Of a stretch of 64,000 nt of DNA, positions 1-9,801 are shown piece after piece. The DNA lies in assembly GCA_002713365.1 (NCBI GenBank), contig PASR01000012.1, positions 9,848-73,847 on the forward strand, in the 5' to 3' direction. The stretch's first letter is position 1. Each line of letters starts with the position of its first letter. A model generated the notes under the pieces. It was not told where the DNA came from. It saw nothing but the letters and a program-made list of their open reading frames with translations, and made no database searches. Both the position numbers and the translations under genes were made by a program. Origin of the DNA: Rhodospirillaceae bacterium. GTDB taxonomy: Bacteria > Pseudomonadota > Alphaproteobacteria > UBA6615.

Positions 1-975
1 ACTTGAGCCTTTAACAAGATTATCTATCACAGTAACTAATATTACGCGACCAGGTATTCGATCAGAGAAAATTCCTGTTATAACATAATTTGATCCTCGT
101 ACATGCCGTGTTGCAGGAATTACATTATCAGAACTAATTCTAACAAACTTTTCAGAACTAAAAGAGTTTATCAAAGCATCTTTTATATCATCGAAGCGTA
201 CACCCTCTGATAAACGAAGATAAGATGTGATTAATTCTCCTCTATTCATAGGCACTAAGTGAGGCGTAAAATTAACCTTAATTCTTTTTTGTACAATCTT
301 TTCGATTTCCTGTTCAATTTCTGGTGCATGACGATGGTGGGCAATACCATAAGGATGCATTCCCTCAGCCACCTCTGAAAAAAGCGATGCCTCCTTAAGA
401 GATCTGCCAGCTCCTGTTACTCCTGATTTAGCATCAATTATAATGTCATCAACATTAATTAATTTGTCTTTAACCAGAGGTAAAATTTGTAATAATGACG
501 CAGTAGGATAACAACCAGGACATGCAATTACTCGTCCTTTAGATATATTTTCTCGATTAAACTCCGTCAGGCCGTATACAGCCTCTTTTTGGATTTCTGG
601 GGCATAATGTTTATGCCCATACCACTCGGCGTAAGTATCGACATCCTCTAATCTAAAATCTGCTGATAGATCAATTACTTTAATACTAGTTGGTATAACT
701 TTAACAATCTCTTGGGTTGTTCCATGTGGTAAAGCACAGAAGACTACATCTACATCATCCCATAATATATCTTCTGTTTTTATTAGATTTGGAAGGTTTT
801 TATTTCCCAAATGAGGAAATACCTCACCATAACTCTTCCCTGCATGAGAGTTTGCCGTCATAAATTTTATTTTAGCATTAGGATGTAACGTTAAAAGTCT
901 AACAAGCTCAACACCAGTGTAACCACTTGCGCCCAAAATGCCTATGTTGAGTTCTATTTTACTAGATGATTTCAT
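1..975 (-). CDS. argC: N-acetyl-gamma-glutamyl-phosphate reductase (ArgC), 3' end runs off the window
   Basis: Reverse translation from the ATG at 975 gives MKSSSKIELNIGILGASGYTGVELVRLL... with the NAD-binding GASGYTG motif and the catalytic Cys region (VIACPGCYPTA). The frame stays open to position 1. Confidence 0.85.
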   Translation of the reverse strand, partial: MKSSSKIELNIGILGASGYTGVELVRLLTLHPNAKIKFMTANSHAGKSYGEVFPHLGNKNLPNLIKTEDILWDDVDVVFCALPHGTTQEIVKVIPTSIKVIDLSADFRLEDVDTYAEWYGHKHYAPEIQKEAVYGLTEFNRENISKGRVIACPGCYPTASLLQILPLVKDKLINVDDIIIDAKSGVTGAGRSLKEASLFSEVAEGMHPYGIAHHRHAPEIEQEIEKIVQKRIKVNFTPHLVPMNRGELITSYLRLSEGVRFDDIKDALINSFSSEKFVRISSDNVIPATRHVRGSNYVITGIFSDRIPGRVILVTVIDNLVKGSS

Positions 976-1357
976 GGATTAAACCACCAACTAGTGGCTC
1001 TCCTTAATTAAAGTCTGTAACGTTTCTAATTGATAACAAATAATTTCTAAGCCAAAGAATCAGTTTAATGCAAATCATCTATTCTAAAACTTTTAGATTT
1101 TAAGCAAGGTAATTACTATATATTCTATTATAAGCCTGGATCCACCCTTCACGTAGCCTTACATTTAAATACTAAACTAACATCTGCCAAACGATCCAAA
1201 TAAAGGTAACAGATCTATAAAAAAACGCTCTTAAATTCTTCTCTACTAATTTGTTCTTTGTAAAAATCCAAGTATATAATTACATAGTAAAAGACATTGA
1301 CCTTAATATACAATTTATAGGATCTTCCAAAATACTAAGATTTACCAAATATTTTAA

Positions 1358-2029
1358 TTAACAGATACCAGTTTTTTTACCATTCTTGTATATTATTTTT
1401 TGTCTTATCTGACCATTTTCGTAATACTCTTCCTCAACACCATCTCTCTTACCGTTCTTGTATGTTATTTTCCGTTTTAACTGTCCGTTGTCATGATAAA
1501 TTACTACAACACCTTCTACCTTACCATTCTTCCAAGTGCCTTTTGTCCTTAACTGACCGTCGTTATAAAATTCTTCATAATCACCATGTAATTTCTCGTT
1601 CTTCCAAGTTTCTTTTTTCCATAACTGGCCATTCTCACCATACCACTCTTTCACTCCGTTTAACTTATCGTTCTTATATGTCGATTTAGTTCCAATACCA
1701 TAACGGCGATAATGTTCCCAAATACCATCTTTCTTATCGTTCTTTATAGTTCCTTTAGTCATTATCTGACCATTATCCCAATAGGATTCCCAAACGCCTA
1801 CTTTCTTACCATCTTTGTATGTTCCTTTTAATCTTAGCTGACCATTCCTAAATTTGTTTTCCACTGAACCAGTGAAAGGAACGTCTGCGAACTTTTCGTA
1901 TTTAAGTCCATTACGTTCTACTAAATCATCTCGAGATACTTTGGGACCTTCTTCATTCATATAAAAACTCTGGCATATATTGTAAGTTATGGAGTCTAAC
2001 TTTAGTTTTTTGGTTCCGTAACATCGCAA
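1358..2029 (-). CDS. YwqK/MORN-variant repeat protein (about 8 tandem ~23-aa repeats, G-x-W-x-x-Y-x-x-N-G-Q-L)
   Basis: The 223-aa ORF has repeats (KDGKKVGVWESYWDNGQI / KDGIWEHY / KLNGVKEWYGENGQL / GQLRTKGTWKNGKVEG ...) that are also visible as diverged DNA repeats. There is no signal peptide. The true start may be the internal Met (MNEEGP). Confidence 0.6.
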   Translation of the reverse strand: MRCYGTKKLKLDSITYNICQSFYMNEEGPKVSRDDLVERNGLKYEKFADVPFTGSVENKFRNGQLRLKGTYKDGKKVGVWESYWDNGQIMTKGTIKNDKKDGIWEHYRRYGIGTKSTYKNDKLNGVKEWYGENGQLWKKETWKNEKLHGDYEEFYNDGQLRTKGTWKNGKVEGVVVIYHDNGQLKRKITYKNGKRDGVEEEYYENGQIRQKIIYKNGKKTGIC

Positions 2030-2115
2030 GCTAAAGCAAGCAAACTGATACTATGATTAATACTGTTTGCAGACCTGATTCGGCAGAGGTATTTAGCTCT
2101 TTGTGAATGCATTAA

Positions 2116-2928
2116 TCATCGCGATTGACTACTTATCAAACGCTTAAGATCCTCAATCTCATTACGTACTTGCTTTAACTCCGTGCGTAAATTTTCAGCT
2201 ATATTATTTTTATCAATTTCTTTATCAGTAAATTCATTATTTTGCTTTTTTTCATTCAACGTTTGCAGAGAGTCTATGATAATGGCTATAAACAAATTTA
2301 ATACAGTAAAGCTTGATAAAATTATAAAAATTACAAATAAAAGCGAAGCCCATTGATATATTTCCATAACGGGCCGGACAATCCCCATAGACCAGCTTTC
2401 CAACGTCATAATTTGGAAAAGTGTAAACATGGAATTTCCAAGAGTACCGAACCATTCTGGAAAGTCTTGTCCAAATATTTCTGTTGTAATTACCGAGAAA
2501 ACATAAAAAACTAGTAAGAGTAATACTATAATCGCACCTACGCCAGGTACGGCATGCAAAAGAGCTGCAACTATTCTCCGCAAGCGCGGTATAGTAGACA
2601 CTAATCTGAATACTCTCAGTACTCTTAAAGCTCTTAAAACCGACAACGATTCATTAGATGGAACTAATGTTATACCAACCACTATAAAGTCAAAGATGCT
2701 CCAAGGATCACGGAAAAAACGCAATCCCTTTGCATAAATTCTTACTAAAAGTTCAATACAAAATATAATAATTACTGCCTGATCGAACAGTTTTAATTCC
2801 TGTCCAATAGCACTAGTTATTGTTGGTGATGTCTCTAACCCAAGTATTATGGCATTGATAATAATCAATGCCATAATAGATTTGTGGAAGAAAGAGTGAT
2901 CTACAAATTGTTCTATTTGCTGTCTCAT
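2116..2928 (-). CDS. Bacterial voltage-gated sodium channel (BacNav/NaChBac family), 6TM with C-terminal coiled coil
   Basis: S4 segment with Arg every third residue (LRALRVLRVFRLVSTIPRLRR). Pore helix and selectivity filter read FTLFQIMTLESWSMGIVRPV, matching the NaChBac/NavAb TLESWS filter. A charged C-terminal coiled coil is typical of BacNav neck/CTD. Confidence 0.85.
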   Translation of the reverse strand: MRQQIEQFVDHSFFHKSIMALIIINAIILGLETSPTITSAIGQELKLFDQAVIIIFCIELLVRIYAKGLRFFRDPWSIFDFIVVGITLVPSNESLSVLRALRVLRVFRLVSTIPRLRRIVAALLHAVPGVGAIIVLLLLVFYVFSVITTEIFGQDFPEWFGTLGNSMFTLFQIMTLESWSMGIVRPVMEIYQWASLLFVIFIILSSFTVLNLFIAIIIDSLQTLNEKKQNNEFTDKEIDKNNIAENLRTELKQVRNEIEDLKRLISSQSR

Positions 2929-3150
2929 CTATCTATCATCCTTATTTTATTAATTCGTTCTAAATTCCTATGTGCTCAACCCAGTAAGTATATTTGTATT
3001 AAAGAATGCTCAGCTTGAATTATATAAAATCAAGTAAAACAAATTAGCTTGTAAAGCCCTCACTATCCATCTTTTTTGGAATAACATTCTTTATGTTATT
3101 AGATAAAGGATATAGCAAATTATGATAAAGATATAAGATTGAACCTAATT

Positions 3151-3816
3151 TTACTTAACTGCTAACTTGGGCGCAACGTTACCTTGTGATTGCCCCAAGA
3201 TATTATTCCAGAAATCTTTACGATCCAAGCGCATCAAGATAGAAGTACCATTCAGGGCAGCATCTGGTGTACGGTGTAACAACCCTTTAGAGCCTCCTCT
3301 AAAAATTGCAACATCCCATCCATCTACAAACCGGCGGGCAGAAGGGTCTTTTAGGATTAACTTATTTGGCATTCCGTCTTCAAAAGCCTGGCGATCAGCG
3401 GCGGCGTCAGGAAGCCATTCCGTACCTCGCCCAGCATAAGTTACTAATAATCGAATCGGAACATTATCTATGTGATAACGGGGACATCCACGATGTGTAC
3501 CTAAACAAAAATCAATAGCATCTTCACCAACTATATCACAAAAGACGTTACAAACGTAGGCCATATCAGTAACCCAGAGTGAATAAAAGGGGTCATTTTG
3601 CAATTTGCTTGGGATATCTTCTTCAAGTATAAAATTTATATCTTCTACATTACTTTCTTTATAAACCTGTCCAACTACAGTAAACGTTGTTTTCATTAGT
3701 TTACTAAAGAACGTCTTTGATCCGTTTATAGGCTCTCTTTTAACCAAAGCTAGCTGACACTTAAGTGATTGAAACCTGGTCAAAGTTTCTAAATCTAAGG
3801 ACTCTAATACACACAT
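3151..3816 (-). CDS. Conserved hypothetical protein (possibly DUF1826-like)
   Basis: 221-aa ORF with a clean coding pattern and no recognisable catalytic motif. The family assignment is from memory only. Confidence 0.4.
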   Translation of the reverse strand: MCVLESLDLETLTRFQSLKCQLALVKREPINGSKTFFSKLMKTTFTVVGQVYKESNVEDINFILEEDIPSKLQNDPFYSLWVTDMAYVCNVFCDIVGEDAIDFCLGTHRGCPRYHIDNVPIRLLVTYAGRGTEWLPDAAADRQAFEDGMPNKLILKDPSARRFVDGWDVAIFRGGSKGLLHRTPDAALNGTSILMRLDRKDFWNNILGQSQGNVAPKLAVK

Positions 3817-3944
3817 TTATATCTCTATTATTCAAATTTTGCCGTTCGACGCTTACAATTGATATGTTATTACATAACAATCAATAACAAGGGTAATAGA
3901 AAAAAAAGATTATATAAGTAATTAAGCCTATAAAAACTCTAGAT

Positions 3945-5264
3945 TCAGCCGGTTAAGGGGAACATTTTAATCACTGTTATGCGATTGCCTTCGCGGTCCG
4001 CCACTTCAAAGCGAAATCCATGAAAGCTGAACATCTGACCCACTGTTGGTATCGTCTGGCTTTCATGGATGATCAAACCGGCAATTGTATTAGCCTCTTC
4101 ATCGGGGAGCGTGTTATCCGTAGCACGATTAAAGTCACGTATTGTCATGGCGCCATCGACGATGAACTGGCCATCAGACGTGCGTTCCAGAGTGCTATCT
4201 TCGGTTTCATCAAATTCGTCTGTAATTTCACCCACGATTTCTTCGAGGATATCTTCAAGCGTGATTAACCCCTGAAGGCTGCCATATTCATCAATAACCA
4301 AAGCAAAATGCGTATGCGAGCGTAAAAATTCCCGCATTTGGTCGTCTAAAGTTGTTGTGTTGGGAACAAAATAGGGTTTTTTTGTTACTTCTGAGATATT
4401 GAAATTCTGCAAAGCGGTCTTTGGTTCATTGCACCCACTGATAATCCGGTAGATGGTGCGCGCCAGATCTTTGGCATGCAAGACGCCTACAATGTTTTCC
4501 TGATTGTCTTTGAACATAGGAAGTCGCGTATATTTGCTTTCTAGACATTGATCCAGTATCTGCATCGGGTCAGCTTCTGCATTTACCATTTCTATGTCAG
4601 TGCGATGAAGCATAATTTCATCAACCGTTCGATCCTCAAGGTCAAGAGTGCCCAGAATGCGGTATCTGTCCTCCTTTTCAACGATCCCTTCGGAGTGCCA
4701 GATTTTAAGAGCACCGGCAATTTCTTCACGAACCGCGAGAACATTGGTTTCTGGATCTGTTTGCACGCCAAAAAGGCGCAACATAGCCCGTACGACCCAC
4801 CGCACTGCATAGACAATCGGGCTGAAGACAAGCATTATAATCTGGATCGGTCGGCTCACCATTGACGCCGCACTTTCAGCGTTTGTGATCGCATAGGTTT
4901 TGGGCAGGACTTCAGCAAAGATAAGGACCAAAACCGTCATCACCAAAGTGGCCAAAACAACCGCGCTTTCCCCGAAGCTTCTTGCCAGCAAGGCAGTTGT
5001 CAAAGAAGTTGCCAGAATATTGACAAGGTTGTTTCCCAAAAGAACAGACCCAATCAACCGCTCGCTATCCTCAGTGACATCAAGCGCACGCTGTGCGCCG
5101 CGTGAGCCTTTGTCAGCTTTTGCACGCAGTTTTCCACGTGAGGCCGCTGTAAGGGCTGTTTCGCTTCCTGAGAAAAACCCAGAAAGGATAAGAAGGGCCG
5201 TAATGGCTAAAACCGAAATCCAGAACTCGGCATCATAAAGGAGTGTTGTTTCTTCCATCGTCAT
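3945..5264 (-). CDS. HlyC/CorC (TlyC) family transporter: DUF21 (CNNM) membrane domain + CBS pair + CorC_HlyC C-terminal domain
   Basis: 439 aa with N-terminal TM helices (SGFFSGSETAL motif), a CBS pair region and a C-terminal CorC/HlyC transporter-associated domain. Confidence 0.8.
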   Translation of the reverse strand: MTMEETTLLYDAEFWISVLAITALLILSGFFSGSETALTAASRGKLRAKADKGSRGAQRALDVTEDSERLIGSVLLGNNLVNILATSLTTALLARSFGESAVVLATLVMTVLVLIFAEVLPKTYAITNAESAASMVSRPIQIIMLVFSPIVYAVRWVVRAMLRLFGVQTDPETNVLAVREEIAGALKIWHSEGIVEKEDRYRILGTLDLEDRTVDEIMLHRTDIEMVNAEADPMQILDQCLESKYTRLPMFKDNQENIVGVLHAKDLARTIYRIISGCNEPKTALQNFNISEVTKKPYFVPNTTTLDDQMREFLRSHTHFALVIDEYGSLQGLITLEDILEEIVGEITDEFDETEDSTLERTSDGQFIVDGAMTIRDFNRATDNTLPDEEANTIAGLIIHESQTIPTVGQMFSFHGFRFEVADREGNRITVIKMFPLTG

Positions 5265-5417
5265 ATCAGTTAGATATTTCTTTGGTTATACGGATATAGT
5301 GGATATAATCAAGTCTGAATGACATGGATGATCTAACACAGCGGATCAGTCTGCTACCTCGTCCGTGACCGGTGCATCAGGATAATCGGGGAAAGCGGTT
5401 ATCTAGATAAATAAAGG

Positions 5418-5455
5418 AAAAAAACAAGCGCAAAGTTTCGTAAGCGCTTGTTTTT
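5418..5455 (-). terminator. Rho-independent terminator downstream of rpsI
   Basis: On the minus strand: CAAGCGC-loop-GCGCUUG hairpin followed by a U7 run, located 20-60 nt downstream of the rpsI stop. Confidence 0.65.
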
Positions 5456-5476
5456 GATATATTTTGAAAAACGTTT

Positions 5477-5953
5477 TTAACGCTTGGAGAACTGGAAGCT
5501 TCTTCTGGCTTTAGCTCTACCATATTTTTTTCTTTCAACAACTCTTGAGTCACGTGTCAGCATACCAGCTTTCTTAAGAACTGACCTTAAACCCGGTTCT
5601 CGGAGACTCAGGGCCTTAGACAGTCCATGTCTAACTGCTCCAGCCTGACCTGAGAGTCCACCGCCAGCAACCGTGCAAACAATGTCATACTGTCCAAGAC
5701 GTTCTGTTATTTGGAAAGGCTGAGATAGAACCATTCGAAGTACAGGTCGGGCGAAGTAAACCCCTCCTTCCCGTCCGTTTACAGTTAAAGCACCGGTACC
5801 AGGTTTTATCCAAACTCTTGCTACAGCATCTTTTCTTTTACCAGTAGCGTATGTTCTTCCCAAATCATCAATTAAGGGCTCTTGGCTAACTGGAGTGGGT
5901 ATTTCGTCTGCCAACGAATTCGAGACTTGGGCCGTTTCATCGGTCATAGTCAC
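5477..5953 (-). CDS. rpsI: 30S ribosomal protein S9
   Basis: C-terminus ...[14 protein letters not shown] is canonical S9. Overlaps the rplM stop (ATGA). Confidence 0.95.
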   Translation of the reverse strand: MTMTDETAQVSNSLADEIPTPVSQEPLIDDLGRTYATGKRKDAVARVWIKPGTGALTVNGREGGVYFARPVLRMVLSQPFQITERLGQYDIVCTVAGGGLSGQAGAVRHGLSKALSLREPGLRSVLKKAGMLTRDSRVVERKKYGRAKARRSFQFSKR

Positions 5954-6429
5954 CCTTTCCTTTTATTTTTACTATTTAATTGCCCCACATCGATAACTTC
6001 AGGCTGCTGAGCTTCGTGGGGATGATCAGTACCAGAATAAACTTTAAGTTTGCGTAATTGAGCTCGGCCCATTTTAGTCTTGGGTAGCATTCGTTCGACC
6101 GCCTTACGAATAACCCTATCTGAATGCGGTCCTTCTAAAATCTGTCCAGCCGTTCTACTTTTAATGCCTCCAGGATATCCTGTGTGCCTGTAATAGGTCT
6201 TATTATCTTTTTTGTTACCTGATAAATATACCTTATCTGCGTTAATTATTACTATGTGATCACCGCAATCAATATTAGGGGTATACATAGCTTTATGTTT
6301 TCCTCGTAGTCGATTAGCTACAATTACGGCCATTCGACCCAGGACTAAGTCCTCTGCATCAATAATCCACCATTTAGCTTCAACATCAGAAGGTTTAGCG
6401 CTATATGTTTTTTGAGCCGGAAGAGGCAT
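5950..6429 (-). CDS. rplM: 50S ribosomal protein L13
   Basis: [34 protein letters not shown]... is a typical L13 N-terminus. Ends with TGA. Confidence 0.95.
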   Translation of the reverse strand: MPLPAQKTYSAKPSDVEAKWWIIDAEDLVLGRMAVIVANRLRGKHKAMYTPNIDCGDHIVIINADKVYLSGNKKDNKTYYRHTGYPGGIKSRTAGQILEGPHSDRVIRKAVERMLPKTKMGRAQLRKLKVYSGTDHPHEAQQPEVIDVGQLNSKNKRKG

Positions 6430-6665
6430 AATATTTATTTCCGATTTTGTTCATAAATATATTTTCAATGAAATTTTGACCTATCTATGTTACTTAAATT
6501 ACTATGTCAATGTTGAAAAGTTCTTTTTTTCTAATAACTTAGATTAACGGTAATATAATACCGCTGCATTAATATCGTTACTTGTATATGCTATAATTAT
6601 AGTTAGGTACGAATGATCACTAATTGGAAATAGATACTTACTTACCATGAAAAAAAAGTGAAAAT

Positions 6666-7481
6666 ATGACAAAAAATACAAACACCCATTTAATTATAAA
6701 TATTAATGATTCGATAATTGAATTAACCCTAGATAGACCAACAAAAATGAATGTTCTATCTTTTGATATGCTGACTGAGCTTCAAAACGCTCTCGATATG
6801 ATAGCTAATGATAAATCAATAAGAGTTGTTATTTTATCAGCTACTGGCAAGGCATTTTGTACAGGCCATGACCTTAAGGACATGCGATCAAACTATACAA
6901 TCGATTATCAGAAAAAACTCTTCAATAAATGCAGTAAGGTAATGTTATCGATACTTAAGTTACCACAGCCGGTTATAGCAAAGGTCAATGGAATTGCTAC
7001 AGCAGCTGGTTGTCAGTTAGTGGCCACTTGTGACCTAGCTATAGCCGCGTCATCAGCTACTTTTGCCACATCAGGTATAAATAACGGGTTATTCTGTACC
7101 ACACCGGCCGTAGCAGTAAGCAGAAATGTAAGCCGCAAACATGCCTTAGAAATGCTTTTTACTGGCGATTTTATCGATTCAAAACGAGCCGAAGAAATTG
7201 GTCTAGTAAACCGGGTTGTTGCAGATGATCTACTAAATGACTCAGTTAACAAACTAGCAAATACCCTATCTTCAAAAAGTGCATATGGATTATCACTTGG
7301 TAAAGCTGCTTTTTATAAACAACTAGAGATGGGAATAAGTGATGCTTATTCATATACTGGGCCAATAATGGCAATGAATGTTATGGATACTGATGCTGCA
7401 GAAGGATTTGATGCATTTATTGAGAAAAGAGAGCCTGAGTGGGATCAAATGCCAAGAGACAAATCTATGACTGAGGAATAG
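6666..7481 (+). CDS. Enoyl-CoA hydratase/isomerase (crotonase) family protein
   Basis: 271 aa with a crotonase fold signature (ILSATGKAFCTGHDLKDM, oxyanion hole region). Confidence 0.8.
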   Translation: MTKNTNTHLIININDSIIELTLDRPTKMNVLSFDMLTELQNALDMIANDKSIRVVILSATGKAFCTGHDLKDMRSNYTIDYQKKLFNKCSKVMLSILKLPQPVIAKVNGIATAAGCQLVATCDLAIAASSATFATSGINNGLFCTTPAVAVSRNVSRKHALEMLFTGDFIDSKRAEEIGLVNRVVADDLLNDSVNKLANTLSSKSAYGLSLGKAAFYKQLEMGISDAYSYTGPIMAMNVMDTDAAEGFDAFIEKREPEWDQMPRDKSMTEE

Positions 7482-7484
7482 ATT

Positions 7485-7919
7485 TTGAATAGTAAATTAT
7501 TTTATTCAGATAAAATGTTAAAATCTTTATTTGAAAATATAAAAACAATTGCACTGGTCGGTGCCAGTCCAAGGGGCCCAAGCAGAGCTAGTTGGAGAGT
7601 AATGCAATTTCTACAATTGCAAGGATATAAAGTTTATCCTGTAAACCCAAATGCTAGTGGTGACACTATTAATGGTGAAGTTACTTATGATTCCTTAAAA
7701 GATGTTCCTGAAAAAGTTGATCTTGTGGATATATTTCGTCGTTCAAGCAAAGTTTCTACAATAGTAGATGAAGCAATAAAGTTAAAAATTCCTTATATAT
7801 GGATGCAACTTGACGTTATTGACAGGCTAGCAGCAGAAAAGGCAGAAAATGCCGGAACGATTGTTATAATGGATCGATGCCCAGCAATAGAGATACCAAG
7901 GTTAATATCCCAGGGTTAA
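7485..7919 (+). CDS. CoA-binding domain protein (YccU/YneT-like), paralog 1
   Basis: 144 aa with IALVGASPRGPSRASWRVMQFLQLQGYKVYPVNP, a CoA-binding Rossmann-like domain. Starts 4 nt after the upstream gene. Confidence 0.75.
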   Translation: MNSKLFYSDKMLKSLFENIKTIALVGASPRGPSRASWRVMQFLQLQGYKVYPVNPNASGDTINGEVTYDSLKDVPEKVDLVDIFRRSSKVSTIVDEAIKLKIPYIWMQLDVIDRLAAEKAENAGTIVIMDRCPAIEIPRLISQG

Positions 7920-7957
7920 TTAATACAATTCTTTACTAATATTAAAAGGATTAAGAA

Positions 7958-8449
7958 ATGGAACCGCTATATTATCCAGAGTGGCTTATACGCCGCATTC
8001 TAAGAGATACAAATATAATTGCTATGGTTGGAGCAAGCAGTAATTGGAACAGGCCAAGTTACTTTGCTATGAAATACCTTCAATCAAAAGGCTATAGAAT
8101 CATTCCCGTGAATCCAACAATCAGTGGAACCAAATTGCTAGGTGAAAATGTTTATGCCAACCTTAAAGATATTCCAGAAAAAATAGAAATGGTGGATATA
8201 TTTCAAAAGTCTGAACGCGTTCCTGAAATAGTAGATGATGCGATTAGTATTGACGCCAAAATAGTTTGGATGCAACTGACTGTTCGACATGATTTAGCAG
8301 CTAAAAAAGCTGAAAAAGCAGGTCTTACTGTAATTATGGACAGATGTCCTAAAATAGAATTTGGTCGATTTAGCGGAGAATTAGGTTGGAACGGAATTAA
8401 TACACGTCTTATAACTTCACGACGTTCTAAAGAAATTAGAACAAACTAA
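7958..8449 (+). CDS. CoA-binding domain protein, paralog 2 (tandem duplicate)
   Basis: 163 aa and collinear with the previous ORF (IAMVGASSNWNRPSYFAMKYLQSKGYRIIPVNP ... VWMQL ... IMDRCP). Confidence 0.75.
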   Translation: MEPLYYPEWLIRRILRDTNIIAMVGASSNWNRPSYFAMKYLQSKGYRIIPVNPTISGTKLLGENVYANLKDIPEKIEMVDIFQKSERVPEIVDDAISIDAKIVWMQLTVRHDLAAKKAEKAGLTVIMDRCPKIEFGRFSGELGWNGINTRLITSRRSKEIRTN

Positions 8450-8471
8450 AGTATTCCTTTAGGAAATTATT

Positions 8472-9773
8472 ATGAATGAATTTAAGAAAACGCCTAAACC
8501 ACCAGGTTTCGAAACTCTAGCCATCCATGCTGGCGCATCGCCTGATCCAGTAACTGGTGCGCGTAATGTACCTATATATCAGTCTACAGGGTTTGTATTT
8601 AATGATGTTAATCACGCAGCTTCTTTATTTAACCTGCAGGATTTTGGATACATTTACTCTCGTATAGGGAATCCAACCGTATCGTCTTTAGAAGAAAAGG
8701 TTGCAGCTTTAGAAAATGGTAGAGCAGCAGTTGCTACATCTTCAGGGCATGCAGCACAATTACTTGCAATGTACATTTTACTCGAACCCGGTGCTAATTT
8801 TGTTGCATCAAGTAACTTGTATGGAGGCTCTATAACTCAGTTTACGCATACTTTCAAAAAGTTCGGCTGGGAGTGTAGGTTCGTAGATCCCAGTGATCCC
8901 ATAAATTTTAAAAACTCAATAGATGCCAATACTAAGGCAATATTTTTAGAAGTTTTGGCTAACCCTGGCGGAATAATATTAGATTTAGAGCCCATTGCAG
9001 ATATTGCAAAAACTTCTGGTATACCACTAATAGTAGATAACACAACTGCAAGCCCTTATTTATGTAGACCTTTTGAGTGGGGCGCAGATATCATTATACA
9101 TTCAATGACAAAATTCCTAGGCGGTCATGGCAATGCAATGGGAGGAATAGTGGTAGAAAGTGGCAATTTTGACTGGGCTCAAAATGATAAGTTTCCATCT
9201 TTAACTAAACCTGATCCAGCCTATCACGGTTTAACATTCTTTGAAAGCTTCGGAGATTTTGGGTTTTCAACTAAGGCAAGAGCTGTAGCCCTAAGAGATT
9301 TGGGGCCTACATTAGCTCCGACAAATGCTTCATTAATACTAACCGGTATTGAAACACTTTCAATTAGAATGGAACGCCATGTAGAAAATGCTCAGAAGGT
9401 CGCTGAATATTTAGACTCTCATGATGAGGTGGCGTGGGTTTCTTATGCAGGACTAAAATCTAGTAAATATCATCAATTAGCTAAAAAGTACCTTCCTAAA
9501 GGACCTGGATCTCTTTTTACGTTTGGACTTAAAGGAGGTTATGAGTCAGGAATTAAACTTGTGGAAAGCGTGGAACTTATTTCTCACCTAGCTAACCTTG
9601 GCGATACTAGGACTCTGATTATACATCCAGCTTCCACAACACATAGACAACTAACTCAAGATCAGTTAATTGCTTCCGGAGCTGGACCAGAAGTCGTTAG
9701 GATATCTGTTGGCTTGGAAACAATTGATGATATAATAGCTGATTTAGATCAAGCTCTTGATAATGCTTTATAA
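8472..9773 (+). CDS. metY: O-acetylhomoserine aminocarboxypropyltransferase (sulfhydrylase), PLP-dependent
   Basis: 433 aa in the Cys/Met-metabolism PLP family. PLP-lysine motif HSMTKFLGGHG and a typical MetY N-terminus (GFETLAIHAG). Confidence 0.85.
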   Translation: MNEFKKTPKPPGFETLAIHAGASPDPVTGARNVPIYQSTGFVFNDVNHAASLFNLQDFGYIYSRIGNPTVSSLEEKVAALENGRAAVATSSGHAAQLLAMYILLEPGANFVASSNLYGGSITQFTHTFKKFGWECRFVDPSDPINFKNSIDANTKAIFLEVLANPGGIILDLEPIADIAKTSGIPLIVDNTTASPYLCRPFEWGADIIIHSMTKFLGGHGNAMGGIVVESGNFDWAQNDKFPSLTKPDPAYHGLTFFESFGDFGFSTKARAVALRDLGPTLAPTNASLILTGIETLSIRMERHVENAQKVAEYLDSHDEVAWVSYAGLKSSKYHQLAKKYLPKGPGSLFTFGLKGGYESGIKLVESVELISHLANLGDTRTLIIHPASTTHRQLTQDQLIASGAGPEVVRISVGLETIDDIIADLDQALDNAL

Positions 9774-9801
9774 TTTAATAGATAACCTCAATTACTAGAG
9801 A

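Noticed and set aside
4020-4865. Antisense and nested ORFs in the ORF track inside large genes (for example 4020..4268, 4548..4865, 14450..14881, 17354..17797, 18578..18880, 42318..42767, 52531..52833)
   Set aside because: They lie entirely within, and opposite to, long ORFs with strong homology-like signatures. They have low-complexity or proline/serine-rich compositions typical of out-of-frame translation. None has an independent RBS or a known domain.
6430-6665. SAM-II/SAM-V riboswitch upstream of the echA / CoA-binding / metY operon
   Set aside because: The 236-nt leader is almost pure AT. It lacks the GC-rich pseudoknot core (the conserved GCUUG / AAAGC elements) of SAM-II/V aptamers.
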